A stretch of 64,000 nucleotides of DNA, from positions 141,980,001 to 142,044,000 of the forward strand of contig NC_042999.1 in NCBI RefSeq assembly GCF_006345805.1. Reading direction: 5' to 3'. Source of the stretch: Octopus sinensis (lineage: Eukaryota). The notes beneath the pieces were generated by a model. The model did not search any database and had not been told where the DNA came from. It saw nothing but the letters and a program-made list of their open reading frames with translations. The position numbers and the translations under genes were made by a program. Within the stretch, counting starts at the first letter, position 1; the number at the start of each line of letters is the position of its first letter. Positions 12,090 through 24,708 of the stretch are shown here, piece after piece.

Positions 12090-13060
12090 AGGATCTGGCC
12101 AGCCACATGGTCATGTTGAGGTCCAGTGACAGTTTTGGCATGGTTTCTATAGCTGGATGTCCTTCCTAATGCTAACTACTTTACAGAGTGTACAGGGTGC
12201 TTTTATCATGCTACTGGCACTAGTGAGGTTGCAAAGCAATTTGCAAGACAAAAGAACTGGAAGAAAACAAAAGGAAGAAACTTCTTCGACAAAAGTGGGA
12301 TGGGAGTATTTGAGAAGGAAAGGAAGGGCTATGGTTCTATGTCAGCTGTTGAGAGGCCAAAGGTGATAGATGGGCAGGAGATACAAGGATATCTCACATT
12401 ATATAGTGGATGGGAGTATCTGGAGAAAAGGTAGAAATGATGGTGACAAGTTGCCAGAATATCTCAGGATACAAGAAGGTGGGTATAAAAAAGAATACAG
12501 ACAGTGAATCAGTTAGGGGGAAAGGGGGGAGTTTCTTAAGAGTTTGAAGCGAAAGTAATGGTTAGAGATGGGGGTAGAGGTGAATGTAGTGAGTGATAAA
12601 CAAGGGTTGCAGTGCAGTTGATGGGGGTATGGGGAAGGGTATGGTGAGAGATATAGGGATGGCTCAGGAAGGAGAATAGAGCAAAAAGAAGCAGAATGGT
12701 ATGCAAGGAATAGCAGTGGTAAGGAGAGAGAGGTAGAGGTATATAAGGTGGTGGCTGTATTAATTGAGACATGCTGGCAGATATGAGAAGGCATCGAGCA
12801 GATGTGAGAAGTGTTAAGAATGGAGTATGGTTGAGGAGAGAGAGCAATGACTGAAGACACAGAAAGGAGATGGTTGACAGAAGTAGTGTGGGCAGGGATG
12901 ATAATGAGAAATGGAAGTAATCTCATGGTGAGGAGGGAAGTAACTGAAAGTACAAAGAAAGGTAGATGATGCAATACATTCTGATTCTGCTCTCAGGTGA
13001 TTAGAGCAATTGAGTAGTACTATAGATAGAAGAATGATGGGTGTTAAGGGAAGACAAGTA
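12090..13060 (-). mobile_element. Retroposon 3' end (family C) with a long purine-rich extension
   Basis: 12090-12245 shares GCTGGATG(T/C)CCTTCCTAA(T/C)GC and tail-proximal sequence with 15251-15780. The adjacent purine-rich tract mirrors the pyrimidine-rich tract before the 26930 copy. Confidence 0.55.
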
Positions 13061-13374
13061 GGGAATGCTTGTCCTAAATGTAAAAAAACATGGTGTTCTA
13101 AAACCAATCTGCCCACTCACTACTTTTGAACTAGAAAGAAGAATATACTTGCTGAGATTTAGATATATCTTTTTTTTTTTTTTTACATATTTTCACTCAT
13201 AACACCTTTATCCTTCATCTTCATCAGTGTGTAAGTGTTAGTAGTCTTTATCTTCAAGTTATTTTCACTTAAAAAATTAAAAGATGAGAAAGAATTAAAA
13301 AAGAAACCTGTGAAACTTTTTTATATTTTCTGTTATTAAAGTGTCTCATTTAGTTTTTGGCCATTTTCTTTCAG

Positions 13375-13490
13375 TCAGCCATTCCAAGAAAGTCCAATGT
13401 ATAATTGTTGACTCCAGCTACTCTTTTCGTAGTATTCAGGATAAGATTCTGGATAAAATTGACATTGATAAGAAATCTCATGTCATCAAG
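13375..13490 (+). CDS. Uncharacterised 173-aa protein, exon 2
   Basis: ttttctttcag|TC...ATCAAG|GTAAGG; encodes SHSKKVQCIIVDSSYSFRSIQDKILDKIDIDKKSHVIK; phase 1 to 0. Confidence 0.9.
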
Positions 13491-14588
13491 GTAAGGAAGT
13501 CTGCATTTAGTGATTTGCTAAGCTCATTACCAGATATTATGTGACTGAGGAAACTTTGATAAATAACTGAGATAGAAAGAAGCAATAAAATAGTATCTAA
13601 AATGTATCAGACATTATTTGTCACTAATTACTACATTAGTTCCTACAATAGGGTATAATGCTCTAGCTTTATGAAGCCAGTATGATCTCAAGTTCAAATT
13701 CACAGTCTCTATTTCATACTGTGGTTGGTGGGAAGAACATGCTGAGGCATTCATCTTGCAGTGAACTGAACATAGGTAATCCAATACAATCCAATTACCA
13801 CAAAACTGACTTATTTGACATCAGACATATTAATGTTTCTCTCATTCTCTCCTTTTCCTCTCTCTCTCTTCATGTGTGAGCATATTTCTTTTCATGTGTA
13901 TGGGGAGAGGGAAAGAGTTTATGCCAGTTGTGTTCAGTTAATAAATTGTAATCTCTGTGTGCACACGTGTGTGTGTGTCTCCAGTATGAAAAAGTACTGT
14001 CACCAAAACAGGTTGAATGTCCAATCAGCTGTACCAAATTATTTCATTCCATGAAAAAATATATGTAAAAACATTAATGGTGGTGTGTGTTACTTCATCA
14101 TGAATTATGTAACGCTTGGAAATAGATTGAATTAATCTAAAAGTTGGGGCTATTGGGCATTAGTAATTTAATCATGAACAGTATGATATTCTAAAATGTT
14201 TTATTCTACAAATAATCAGTGGTTAAATTTCCATTCAGTAACATTGTTTCAGCATTCATTTTGCTATGCCAACGTGCTGCACCATAGTCTAACACATTGC
14301 AATTTTTTTATGATCCTGCATCATCTTGATTTAAAATTCAAAATCCATTGAAATTGACATCTAAAAAAAAATGTAAATGCTATTTAGTAGGTTGGTGATG
14401 CCCAATAACTTTGTAAACCTCTTGTTTTATTGCATCAGTCATTCCCTTTTCCTATACACCTTCCTTGTTCTTCATCTGCTTCAGCACTTTATCACTGTCA
14501 TTCAAACATATTACAGGGATACTCTGTAATCAAAACTATAATGTATAGTAATATTCTACCTTCATTATATTGTTGTTGTTTTTTCCAG

Positions 14589-14653
14589 GCACGTAACAGT
14601 AAAGGCTCAGTGATTACTCTAACCGGAAAAGTACCTTCAAATACTTCTGACAA
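14589..14653 (+). CDS. Uncharacterised 173-aa protein, exon 3
   Basis: ttttccag|GCA...GACAA|GTATGT; encodes ARNSKGSVITLTGKVPSNTSD; phase 0 to 2. Confidence 0.9.
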
Positions 14654-15191
14654 GTATGTAGTCCACACTGAAGTGGATGTTTTTCTGATATTCATTTAAC
14701 TTATTTTTTAAGATTAATTACTTTATTTTTACAAATGTCGCTCATTGTATGTGTGTAGATGCAGGCATAGCTATATAGTTGAGAAGTTTGCACAGTCCCT
14801 ATCCTAAATCTAGGTTCCTACCCCTGTAGGAACTCATAAATCATATACCACAACCTTCCAAGTGTAATCTGTACTACTGTCAACCCTTGCCCAACAAAAC
14901 ATCTACAGCATACAGCATGTTGCTGTGTGCTGTTTTACAAAAACCATCCGCATCTACATTCATATTTACATTCATAAACTGCACACAACTTAGAGTATTG
15001 AAATGCATGCAACCAAAGAACCTCATTACAACACCACAACTTCCATTTTTTAGCTTGATGTTATATACTCTGTGACTAATTCATTAGTCTTAGAATTTCA
15101 CTTGTATCAATAGTTTTCTTCTTTAAGGTAAACAATCTGATATACATTCTGTTAGCCAGTATTTGCATGAGTGATGACAGTTGATACAGCT

Positions 15192-15250
<59 letters not shown>

Positions 15251-15252
<2 letters not shown>

Positions 15253-15780
15253 TCATCATCGTTTAATGTCCGTTTTCCATGCTAGCACGGGTTGGACGGT
15301 TCGACCGGGGTCTGGGAAGCCAGGAGGCTGCACCAGACTCCAGTCTGATCTGGCAGTGTTTCTACAGCTGGATGCCCTTCCTAACGCCAACCACTCTGTG
15401 AGTGTAGTGGGTGCTTTTTACGTGCCACCAGCACAGGTGCCAGGGGAAGCTGGCAGCAGCCACGATCTGTTAGTGCTTTTTACATGCCACCAGCACAGGT
15501 ATCACAACTACAATTTCCATTTGATATTTATTTTGATGTTGATGTGCTTGACTCAATAGGTCTCCTCAAGCACAGCAGGTCACCCTACGATCCAAGGTAA
15601 GCACAGCAGGTTGTTCTGCAATCCAAGATACTTTGGATGGGCTGGGGATATGCGAAACTGGTGCAGGAAACAGCCATGAACTCACATTATTTTTCGGGTT
15701 TTTACAGTCACCGCATATCTCCAGAGATCTCAGTCTTTCGTCATTGCCTCTGTGAGGCCCAACGTTCGATGGTCATGCTT
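15251..15780 (-). mobile_element. SINE/retroposon family C copy
   Basis: Begins with (CAT)n, the reverse complement of a (GAT)n tail, then CGTTTAATGTCCGTTTTCCATGCTAGCACGGGTTGGACGG...GCTGGATGCCCTTCCTAACGCCAACCAC. Related copies at 12090, 25975 and 26930. Confidence 0.75.
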
Positions 15781-16282
15781 GACCACCTCATCTCATGTCT
15801 TCCTGGGTCTACCTTTCCCCCAGATACCTTCACACAGACACACATACATACATACTGTATAATTGTATATATCTTGAAATCATTTAATATGTGTTTCGTG
15901 TTTACATAATACATAACAGGAAATGCATCCAGTGCATTTCCTGTCACATGTTATACAAACCTGAATTGTACATATTAAATGATTTCAGAAATATCACTAT
16001 TTGGTTTGACTTCATTATTACAACTAATATAAATCGATGCTAGTACTTGTGTGGATAGTCTAACAACAATTTGGAGTAGTTTGTTATATTTGGCTTAAGT
16101 TAAAATTCTGGTACCATACACTGCTTCTTAGTGTAAAGAAATATTTTTGTTGAATTTTCTATTGTGGAACAGTACATAATATAAATAAAAGTATGTATGA
16201 GTATGTTTTTCATCAATGAAAAGACATAAAAAATATGTAAACTTTATCAAGAAAACTGAATAGTTGATGCATTTAAATAAAA

Positions 16283-17190
16283 TACCTCACGCAACACACC
16301 CTTCTATTTGCCGACGATATCAAACTGGTCGCTCCTCGCGGTAGTATAGAGGATCTTCGTCGATGCCTCCACCAAATTTGGAAGTCGTCTAACGATTGGG
16401 ACCTGTGTCTGAACGTGTCAAAGTGCTGTCATCTGCCTGTCGGCTCTACTCCTGCAACTCAACTTGATTTCGAGCCGGGTCGTCTGCTGCTGGAGAGGAC
16501 CGATCAGGTAAAGGACCTGGGTATCTTGGTGGATTCCTCCTTTTCGCCTTCGGCCCAGTGCGTCCATGCTGCCAACAAAGCGCGCGGAATTCTGTTTTTG
16601 ATTCGACAGTCATTCGGAATGCTCACAGCAGCCATATTCCTACCACTCTATGTCACGCTGGTGAGACCCATATTGGAGTATGGGATTCAAGCATCTTCTC
16701 CTTATCTCCTCAAAGACATACAGCATCTCGAAAGAGTCCAGAGGCTGGCTACCCGCATGGTTCATGGTCTCAAAAATTTGTCCTACGAAGAAAGGCTGAG
16801 GACGCTCGACCTTTATTCTCTTGAAAAACGCCGCCGCCGTGGTGATCTCATTCTTGCCCACAACATCATAAGCGGGAAGTGTAACCTCTCGAAAGAGCTG
16901 TTCTTCACTCCTGCTCTGGAGCGTCGGCTGCGGGGTCATTCTGAAAAGCTCTACCTGCGACGATTTCATCTCAATCGAAGGAGAGGAGCTTTCTCCGTCC
17001 GGGTTGCGGATCCGTGGAACAAGCTGCCAGACGAGATGGTGAAGATGCCGACGACCGCTTTGTTCAAAGCCTCCCTGGACCTCAAGTGGCCTGAACTCTT
17101 TACATGAACACCACCCTGTACTTAACTCCATGTCCCCCTACATGGCCTTGCTATTTGCTTTTGAGCCAAATTAACTAACTAACTAACTAA
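16283..17190 (+). mobile_element. 5'-truncated CR1-clade LINE: intact RT C-terminal frame, short 3' UTR, (TAAC)n tail
   Basis: The frame is open 16277-17107: LLFADDIKLV...LNVSKCCHL...KDLGILVDSSFS...LYVTLVRPILEYG...LERVQRLATRMV...LYSLEKRRRRGDLI...RGHSEKL...FSVRVADPWNKLP. These are canonical CR1 motifs. The segment is GC/CpG-rich relative to its flanks. Confidence 0.92.
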
Positions 17191-17355
17191 TCTTTGTGAT
17201 ATTTATTTTGTAGTGAATTGCACAGACAATCCTTCATTATTTCTTACTTCATTAAAAACGTGTAACCAATGATGATATTGTTCACCACTGCAGTCTAAAA
17301 TATATATTAATCTATAGATTAGATAACGATTTCTATTTTTTCCCTCTTCTTCTAG

Positions 17356-17393
17356 TCCTTACCACATTGAAGTAATTCCACATTACTATCATG
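17356..17393 (+). CDS. Uncharacterised 173-aa protein, exon 4
   Basis: ctcttcttctag|T...CATG|GTAAGT; encodes PYHIEVIPHYYH; phase 2 to 1. Confidence 0.9.
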
Positions 17394-19902
17394 GTAAGTG
17401 AAAGTTTCACCTTTTCTGTCATATTCATTGTTACTGTCACTTTTTGCTGAATATTTGAATTGCCACTGTATCCATTTTTTATCTGCATTATACATACTTT
17501 ATTTGGCCTCTCTCAAGTTCCTAATGATTTGCTGTAGTTTAGAATTTAGCTAACTATAGTGTCTAGATTAGAGATGGAGTTGGTCTCCAAGTTTCAATTC
17601 ATATCAGCTTATAATATTTTGTTTGCAAGTAGAAGCACTATATGGGTGTCTGCTTTCACCTTCAAGAGGGAAGTGGATATATGATTTATAGTGAGTCAGA
17701 GTTAATGATGAGAGTATATTTAAGGCAAGCCCAAAGAATTAGTTTGGTATGACCGTTGCTTCAAGATATGACACTGTGTACACATACAATAATATAGTAT
17801 TATACACCCATCTTTTGTTGTTAGTTATGTGTGTTAACATTTATGAACATTCATTCTGAATATATTTGGATGTGTGTGTGTAGCAGATTGCCTGTATGTG
17901 AAAATCTATGCATGTTTAAGCATGCATGAAGGTTTCAGAGAAAGTGAGTTGGGTGTCAATTTCATAAATGTATGTGCACATGTAGAGTTGCAGATAGTTG
18001 AATTATGAAGTGTACTGTGTGCAATCCAACAGTCCAGTCCATTTAACTACCAAAGATTACTGTTGGTTGATACAACTCTTTAATGTTCATTAACTTGCCA
18101 TACTTGAGATCAATTCCTCCTGGAAGTATAGCTTGAAGATGTGTTATGATGACTTCTCCTTGACATACTGCATGAAAATGATTTTATTTGTGATGCTCAA
18201 ACAACTCAGTGATACAACATCAACATATATACAGATTGATGTATGAGTGTAGCATCTTGTGTATATGTAAACAATGGCTGATAGTAAGACATTGGTGTGA
18301 AATGCAATTAAACAAAAAAATAAAGGTACTTGGTAGTTCCAGACAAAGAGGAATAGTATTTGCTTACAGCTGAGTGTATGTGAGTTGATACTCAGAGCTT
18401 CTCATTCTGAATCCTCAGGCAACTGATAATGTTATTTGAAGCTTTTTTTTTATATATATATATATACATCAGTTTGATCTGTTTAGGTCAAACTGAAATC
18501 AGCTTGGCTAGAATTACTGGTTTTATATATAGCCATGCAACAATATATTACAAAGTATAAATATTAATAACTTTTGTAGAACAAACTCTGCAGATGATTT
18601 TCTATAGAAAAGCTTCTATGAAAAATTCTTCTGAAAGCCTCTATGAATTTACAAATATATGAAAATTAGTGATTAGAAAGATGTTTTAAGAATTTTTGAT
18701 AAATTAGTTTCATCTCTGGATATAGTTTATAATTGAGGATAAATATATTCTCTCCTTCTCTCTTCCCTTTTAAATATTTTTTGTCAGACTGGAAGACAGT
18801 ACTTATCATCCTTCACTGAGCCTCTGAGATGAGTGAGGAGAGTGACCTGGCTCAAATGTGACAGAGAGGACTCTACTATAGGCACCTAAGGCCAGTTGGT
18901 GGTTTTAAACAAGGTGATGGATTAAGTCTACCACCCAACTAGGCCACAGCAAATCTTGAATTCAGAATGTGAAGAGTGGGAACAAATACCACAGACTGGC
19001 CTCTGGTCTGACATTATTACAGTGCTGCCAATCCATTGTCCTGGGTTGGTGCTTTTTTATCAACCCTAAAAGAATTGACTTTGGTAGGATTTGAATACAG
19101 AGCAGCAAGAGTCTTTAGCTAAATGGTTATTAATACATAGTTTGTTGGAGGTTGGTTTATATTTGTGTATTGTATTTTGTGGATTGTTTTTGGTGAAGGT
19201 CATGTCAGAACTTATATTATGTGTGCCATTATTGTATTAGTGTGCACTGAGGTATACATATATGCATACAACTAAGTATGGTGGTACCCAGAACACATAA
19301 GAATCTATGTAGACACACATACACTTACATATACACATGTGTATATGTGTATATATATATATATGCATTCACATACATACTCGCAAGTATATATATGTAT
19401 TCACATGTGCAAGTGTACACACACACGCGCACGAACCCAAATAAATACAAATACACAAATATATTCAAATATATTACTGCACATTGGTATTTGTACATAT
19501 ACATCCATACATATAAACACATATATAGGTACACATACATATGCATTTTTGAATAAGTTATATGTGTGAACAAACCTATTTACAACCCTCCATACAAATT
19601 TTTCATAAAGTAAACTTTTCTATGTGAATAACTTATTTACAGAATTTGTTCCACAGAAATTTTTATAAATTTTTATACATTTTTTACACTTTGTTATATG
19701 TCCATATATCAACTTACAGCATGACCCAAACAGATCAAACTTACCAGTTACCTGAGGATTAAAACAAAAAACTCTTAGTATCAGACTCAGCTTTAAATAA
19801 ATAGTATATCTGTCTTTATGTATACTTATATGTGGATATACAAGCTGTAGCTGTAACTTAATTCTCTTATTTATTTAAATTCATTTTTTCTTCTATTTCC
19901 AG

Positions 19903-19979
19903 CAAAGCCATTATCCTTTGTAAATAGAGATTATTTGACAGTATTTGTTAATGCAAAGTTAAAATCTTTTACAAGAAGA
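19903..19979 (+). CDS. Uncharacterised 173-aa protein, exon 5
   Basis: ctatttccag|CA...AGAAGA|GTAAGT; encodes KPLSFVNRDYLTVFVNAKLKSFTRR; phase 1 to 0. Confidence 0.9.
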
Positions 19980-20780
19980 GTAAGTAAATATCATCATTAC
20001 TACTACTACTATTACGAATTTAATGGTATTCATGTATTTATAAAATTCAATAACAATAATTATTTTACATACAATAGGGTATGTAAAGGAGTTTGTTGTT
20101 TTTTTTTATTTGTTTACATCCATTATTCCATGCAATTGTTTTACAGCCAGATGCCCTTCTTACTACTAACTGCTCCCCAGTGGAGTGGTTTTACCAGTTA
20201 GGCAAACTAGAACAAGCAAATTTGTGTGCCATGCCCAAGGACAGAACATACTGTCTGTAGTAAGATGATCATCATCTAAACATATTTAGCCTTGCTTGTG
20301 TCATCAATTTCAACATTGAAGTTGATGACACACAGACCCACACGTTCTTGCAGAGTCTTAACTCCAAAATATTTTGCAGCATCTTTATCCTACACAAATC
20401 ATTTGATAAGATTATCAGTCTTAATTTTAAATCATTAGTATTTCAAAATTATTTTTCGAGTGATTATATGCTGGAAACATTCTTGCAGTTAATCTCTCTC
20501 TCTCTCCATGGAACAAGTTATCTGTGGCATAATAAACAAGAATGTTAACTCATGTAAAGTAAATGTTTGTTCAGTACCTGCATGAACATGTACATATATT
20601 TGCAAATATGTCAGTTAAAGATGAACAGACTCTAAACAGTTTGAAATGTATTTTATAAAAAAATAAACAAAAATACATGAAAACTGAGGGTAACAATCTG
20701 AAGAAAATGTTTCTATTAGTTGATGTGTTTTTGAATTTTTATTAAGAGACTATTATTTTGTTTATATTTTTGTATTATAG

Positions 20781-20843
20781 TTAGAAGCATTGCAAGCGGC
20801 TATTCCTGATTATCCGAAAACTATTGAAGAAAGAATATTTAAA
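20781..20843 (+). CDS. Uncharacterised 173-aa protein, exon 6 (GC donor)
   Basis: tgtattatag|TTA GAA...TTT AAA|GCAAGT; encodes LEALQAAIPDYPKTIEERIFK. Only the GC donor keeps the frame into exon 7. Confidence 0.8.
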
Positions 20844-21379
20844 GCAAGTATTTTTGTCTCTGCCTTTGTTGTTCTTTTAAGAATAATATTTTGCTCACAG
20901 TTGTGTATCATTCATGTGGTGATTTATTAATGGCTGCTTTTCTTTTTACCAATATCCTTAACTTGTGGATGAGTACTTTTAAGGAGCTGCTTTACTAAAC
21001 CTTTCATAGATCTGTTAGAAGATCACAACTGATTAAGTTGAAAGGGTGCTTGCCACTAGCAAAATAATTCATGGTTCATATGCTGCCACTGGATCTGTTT
21101 TGTATCTGCAGCAGAAATATATACATTTCATTTACACAGTTAATCTAAATGCGAATAGGTAGAATGAATGGTATAGGTTGTTATTATAAGTGGGAGGAGC
21201 ACTGTATAATGTTTTAATGTGTTTCTTTACCTGTAAAAAGAGGAAGATTTGCTAGAAACTGTGCAGAAGAAATACAATACCTGTCAAAAAGCAGATAGTG
21301 AACAAGTGTGTTCTAAGACCACATGAGATTGATAAATCCCTACTTCTAGTCTTGGAATTCTTATACTCATGCTCTTGTA

Positions 21380-23600
21380 GGCTACCTTGGTTGGCAAAGA
21401 CTAAGAGAAGGAAACTCTAATATAGAAACCTTGACCTTTTCTTGTCACTGCACATGGTAAATGATACTTAGTGAGTGGAATTCATGCTCTACAAGTATCT
21501 AGCATTATAGTCTCTATGAGGTACAGGTACCTTCAAACACTGCAGTACATTACACCTCTCATAACTAGTACTATTTAACATTAAGGTATTTTATGATGAA
21601 TGGAACCAATTTTATCTATACTATGCTTTCAAATTTTTTTGGCAATGGGTGCATGGCAACATATGCAAATTTGATGAGTTGGAACCATGCAGTCTTGAAC
21701 CTGTGCATTAAGTGGCAGGGGTTTTATCTTAACATTGTTTTCTTCAATCTTAGCAGTTAAGAAATTGCATGAAATTCCCTGTGTCTGATGAGGAAGGCAC
21801 TGCTTTCTCTGTTACTGGGATAGGACTGGAAAAGGTCTCCTAAATATTGCCTGCTTTACATGCTGATTAGTTTCCCTGACTGATAGATGTTCATTTCAAC
21901 AGGAGCAATAAATGTATTAGCATAAAAAAATTAAGGACACATCTATGGATCAGTTGCTGGAGTGTGTGAGGTCTGGAGGTTGTTGGAAAATCCTGCAGAC
22001 CTGAGTGCTGTACTGCTCTTGTTGTAGCAGAGCTTGATTGATATATGATCAATATTGCTGCTCTTTCTGAGACATGATTGCCAGGGAAAGTCTGCAAATT
22101 GAAATTGGTTGTGGCTTCAGTTTCTTTTGGGCAGGTATTCTAACAGAATGATAAATGAGTAGAAGTATTGACTTTGTGGTCAGGAAGAACCTAGCTGATA
22201 GGGCTAGTAGTATTACCATCCAATCATTAAACTCTTTGCTGCTGCTGTTGTTGTTATCCTGCGGGTGACATGTAACTTTCTTCTCTGTATATGCACTCAC
22301 TCTTCACTCAGTGGAAGAAACTGTCTCTTTTCTATGAGAATCTTTGAAATGTCATTCTTTCCACACTGACTGGTGACAAACTTATCCTTTCTGGTAACCT
22401 TAATGCCAGAATGTCAGAGTAGGTCACACCTGAAGTGTGTGGTCTAGTTTGGAGTGCTTTGATTTAGGTCAGATGAATAATATTAAGCTACAATTGTGAC
22501 AACTATGTTCTGAACTGATAGATAATACACTGTTTCACAAAAAATCTTAAGCATAAATTACCTGGATCTACCCTTAGTCAATGCAAAGTCATCTTAATAA
22601 CTTCATAATATATTGTTTGCCATGTATTTTGCAATGACAATTGTTCATGCAAGGACTGTGATCTAAGCATCTTTGTCTGCTATTGTAAACCAGGCAAATT
22701 GTTTAATCTAAATTGTTTGAAAGGTAAATCAAAAATCTTTGTAACTTTTGTTCCTGGTTTTTGTAAGCTAATGATTGTGTTCTTGTGGCTCACTTGTAAA
22801 TAATGCAGGAAATAATGAACCTCTTTTCCAATGTGTGTACTTGCTTTTGGCCTTACAAGAATCCTGACAAAGACTAATGTGTTGTTTACACCTGTCCCAA
22901 AAGAGACCTATGTTGAACCAAATGTATTTGTCTGAAGGACTAGATTTGATAGTGTGTATTCTTTTGTGTATCTTGGCAGTTCTGTTTCTGGAATGGATCT
23001 CTAGATTCTTATATTAACTTGAAGACTGAGAAGGTTTCAGTTATGTTTGGGACACTGAAGATATGAATCAGACTGGGACTTAAAACTGTCTATCAAGCTT
23101 CGCATCTATATTTGCATTATCACATACCTACTATACTTGTACAAATATAGGCCCCCACCTGTCAACAACACATCAGTATATCAAGAAATTTTACCAGAAA
23201 TGTGTAAAGCATATAGACTTCAGTCATAAACTTTTTACACTTGAAACAAAAGTGCTGGGAAAAAGTGGGCAATCTCAGTATGGAAGCTCTTCATCAGGTA
23301 CCATTTTTGATGGGTTAGTCATGTCTCCTATCACGATGATTTCATGCTTCTAAAATAATTATGGAGAACTAAGTCTTGGTAAATGTCCCTTGCACAAACT
23401 GAAAAAGAAATTTTGTAATGTCAGAAATAAAAAATCTTAGCTATAAGTCTTCAAGCATCAGCCCTGTTCATTGGGAACATCTTACACTGAACAGTAGTGA
23501 CTGGCAGTGGAGAGTGAGGAACAATAGCCTACAGGCTGAAAAAAATTGAATCACCCATCAAATAGTGAAACGTATACTGTTTGAAGCTCTGCATGGTTGA
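21380..23600 (+). mobile_element. Decayed RTE (BovB-like) LINE within intron 6
   Basis: Broken frames give endonuclease motifs (TALVVAELD*Y.INIAALSET*LPG, GFSFFWAG, KLILSGNLNAR) and RT C-terminal motifs (FVYLGSS, YGELSLGK). Many stops and frameshifts. Confidence 0.8.
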
Positions 23601-24091
23601 GGATCCACAGATAATCTCATCTGCATAGTCTTGTTGCATTACACTTTCAAAGCCAGATCAGTCATCCATATAAAGTCATATAATGGAAGGATGCTTATAT
23701 GCATGTAGCTCAAATGACTTTAAACACAGAACAAGGCCGTTCTTTATGTCCAAAGGTGTGTACACCTGCTGGGTTGAAAATCCATTATGGGAGAAGCACA
23801 AAAGAAGAGCTGCTGTTAATATGATTTTTGACCAAACTATGTGCTAAATTGTCATTAATTTTTTAAAAATCAGAACTTGGTATTTATCTGAAGATTAATG
23901 GTAGACAGGCTACAGGGTCATGCCTCCAATGAGCAAGTGATTATACTCAAAATAAAGTCAACAGCCACAATATATCCATATATATATATATATATATGTA
24001 TATGTGTGTGTGTGTATGTTTGAGTGTATTTATGCATATATATTGTATATACGTACATAAACTTAATCTATGTATGTTGTTTTAATTCCAG

Positions 24092-24199
24092 GACCTGCAA
24101 CAAAATTTGAAACCTACTCTAGATTTCCTTGATACTCGTTTGGAACAGTCCAGCTTAGCTTGCTGGGAAGGAAGCTTAAAACAGTCTCCTCTTTGGTGA
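24092..24199 (+). CDS. Uncharacterised 173-aa protein, exon 7 (terminal)
   Basis: tttaattccag|GAC; encodes DLQQNLKPTLDFLDTRLEQSSLACWEGSLKQSPLW*. The C-terminal L-x-F-L-x-x-R...W-x-G-x-x-K-x-x-P-L-W pattern recalls an uncharacterised metazoan family (zebrafish si:zfos-1056e6.1-like, from memory and unverified). Confidence 0.9.
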   Translation, partial: DLQQNLKPTLDFLDTRLEQSSLACWEGSLKQSPLW

Positions 24200-24662
24200 T
24201 CCATTCTCTGTTAACATATACATTCATATCCATGTTGTTTATCAAACCTCACCCTACATATTTTTCATCCGTTTTCCTTGATAACATGGGAGATGGTTTC
24301 CACAAATTTGTACATTTGCATGATACTGACATAAAAATGCATTACAATTGGATGCATTTTCTAGCACTACCCACTCAACTATTCAATGTGTATGGGGATG
24401 CTTTATCTCCTGGTACACTGAGGTGAGCATGAGCATGACACAATGAGTGTAGTAGGATTTAAACTGAATGATAGCAAGTAACCCAAAATTTTAATCTCAC
24501 AGTCATTATGTCTTTTTATGGCAGTAAAGAAAAACTGATATAAAATGATGAGATGGATGATGATGATATACACACAAAATGTGTGAATATCTATATGTCT
24601 GTCTGTCTATATATATATACATACACATTTGTGTGTGATATAATATATATAGCACACATAAA

Positions 24663-24708
<46 letters not shown>

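Noticed and set aside
12513-13116. Minus-strand ORFs of 100-153 aa rich in S/L/P/H (also 37963-38412, 47625-47961, 58264-58737)
   Set aside because: Products of purine/pyrimidine-skewed low-complexity tracts; no domain signal.
16558-17131. Alternative-frame and antisense ORFs (88 and 163 aa)
   Set aside because: Shadows of the GC-rich CR1 RT frame.
19278-19573. Overlapping ORFs rich in Y/I/H/T/C/V/M (also 24506-24906, 37027-37610, 46816-47537, 51213-51490, 62470-63195)
   Set aside because: They are translations of (TA)n, (CA)n and (TATG)n microsatellites, not genes.
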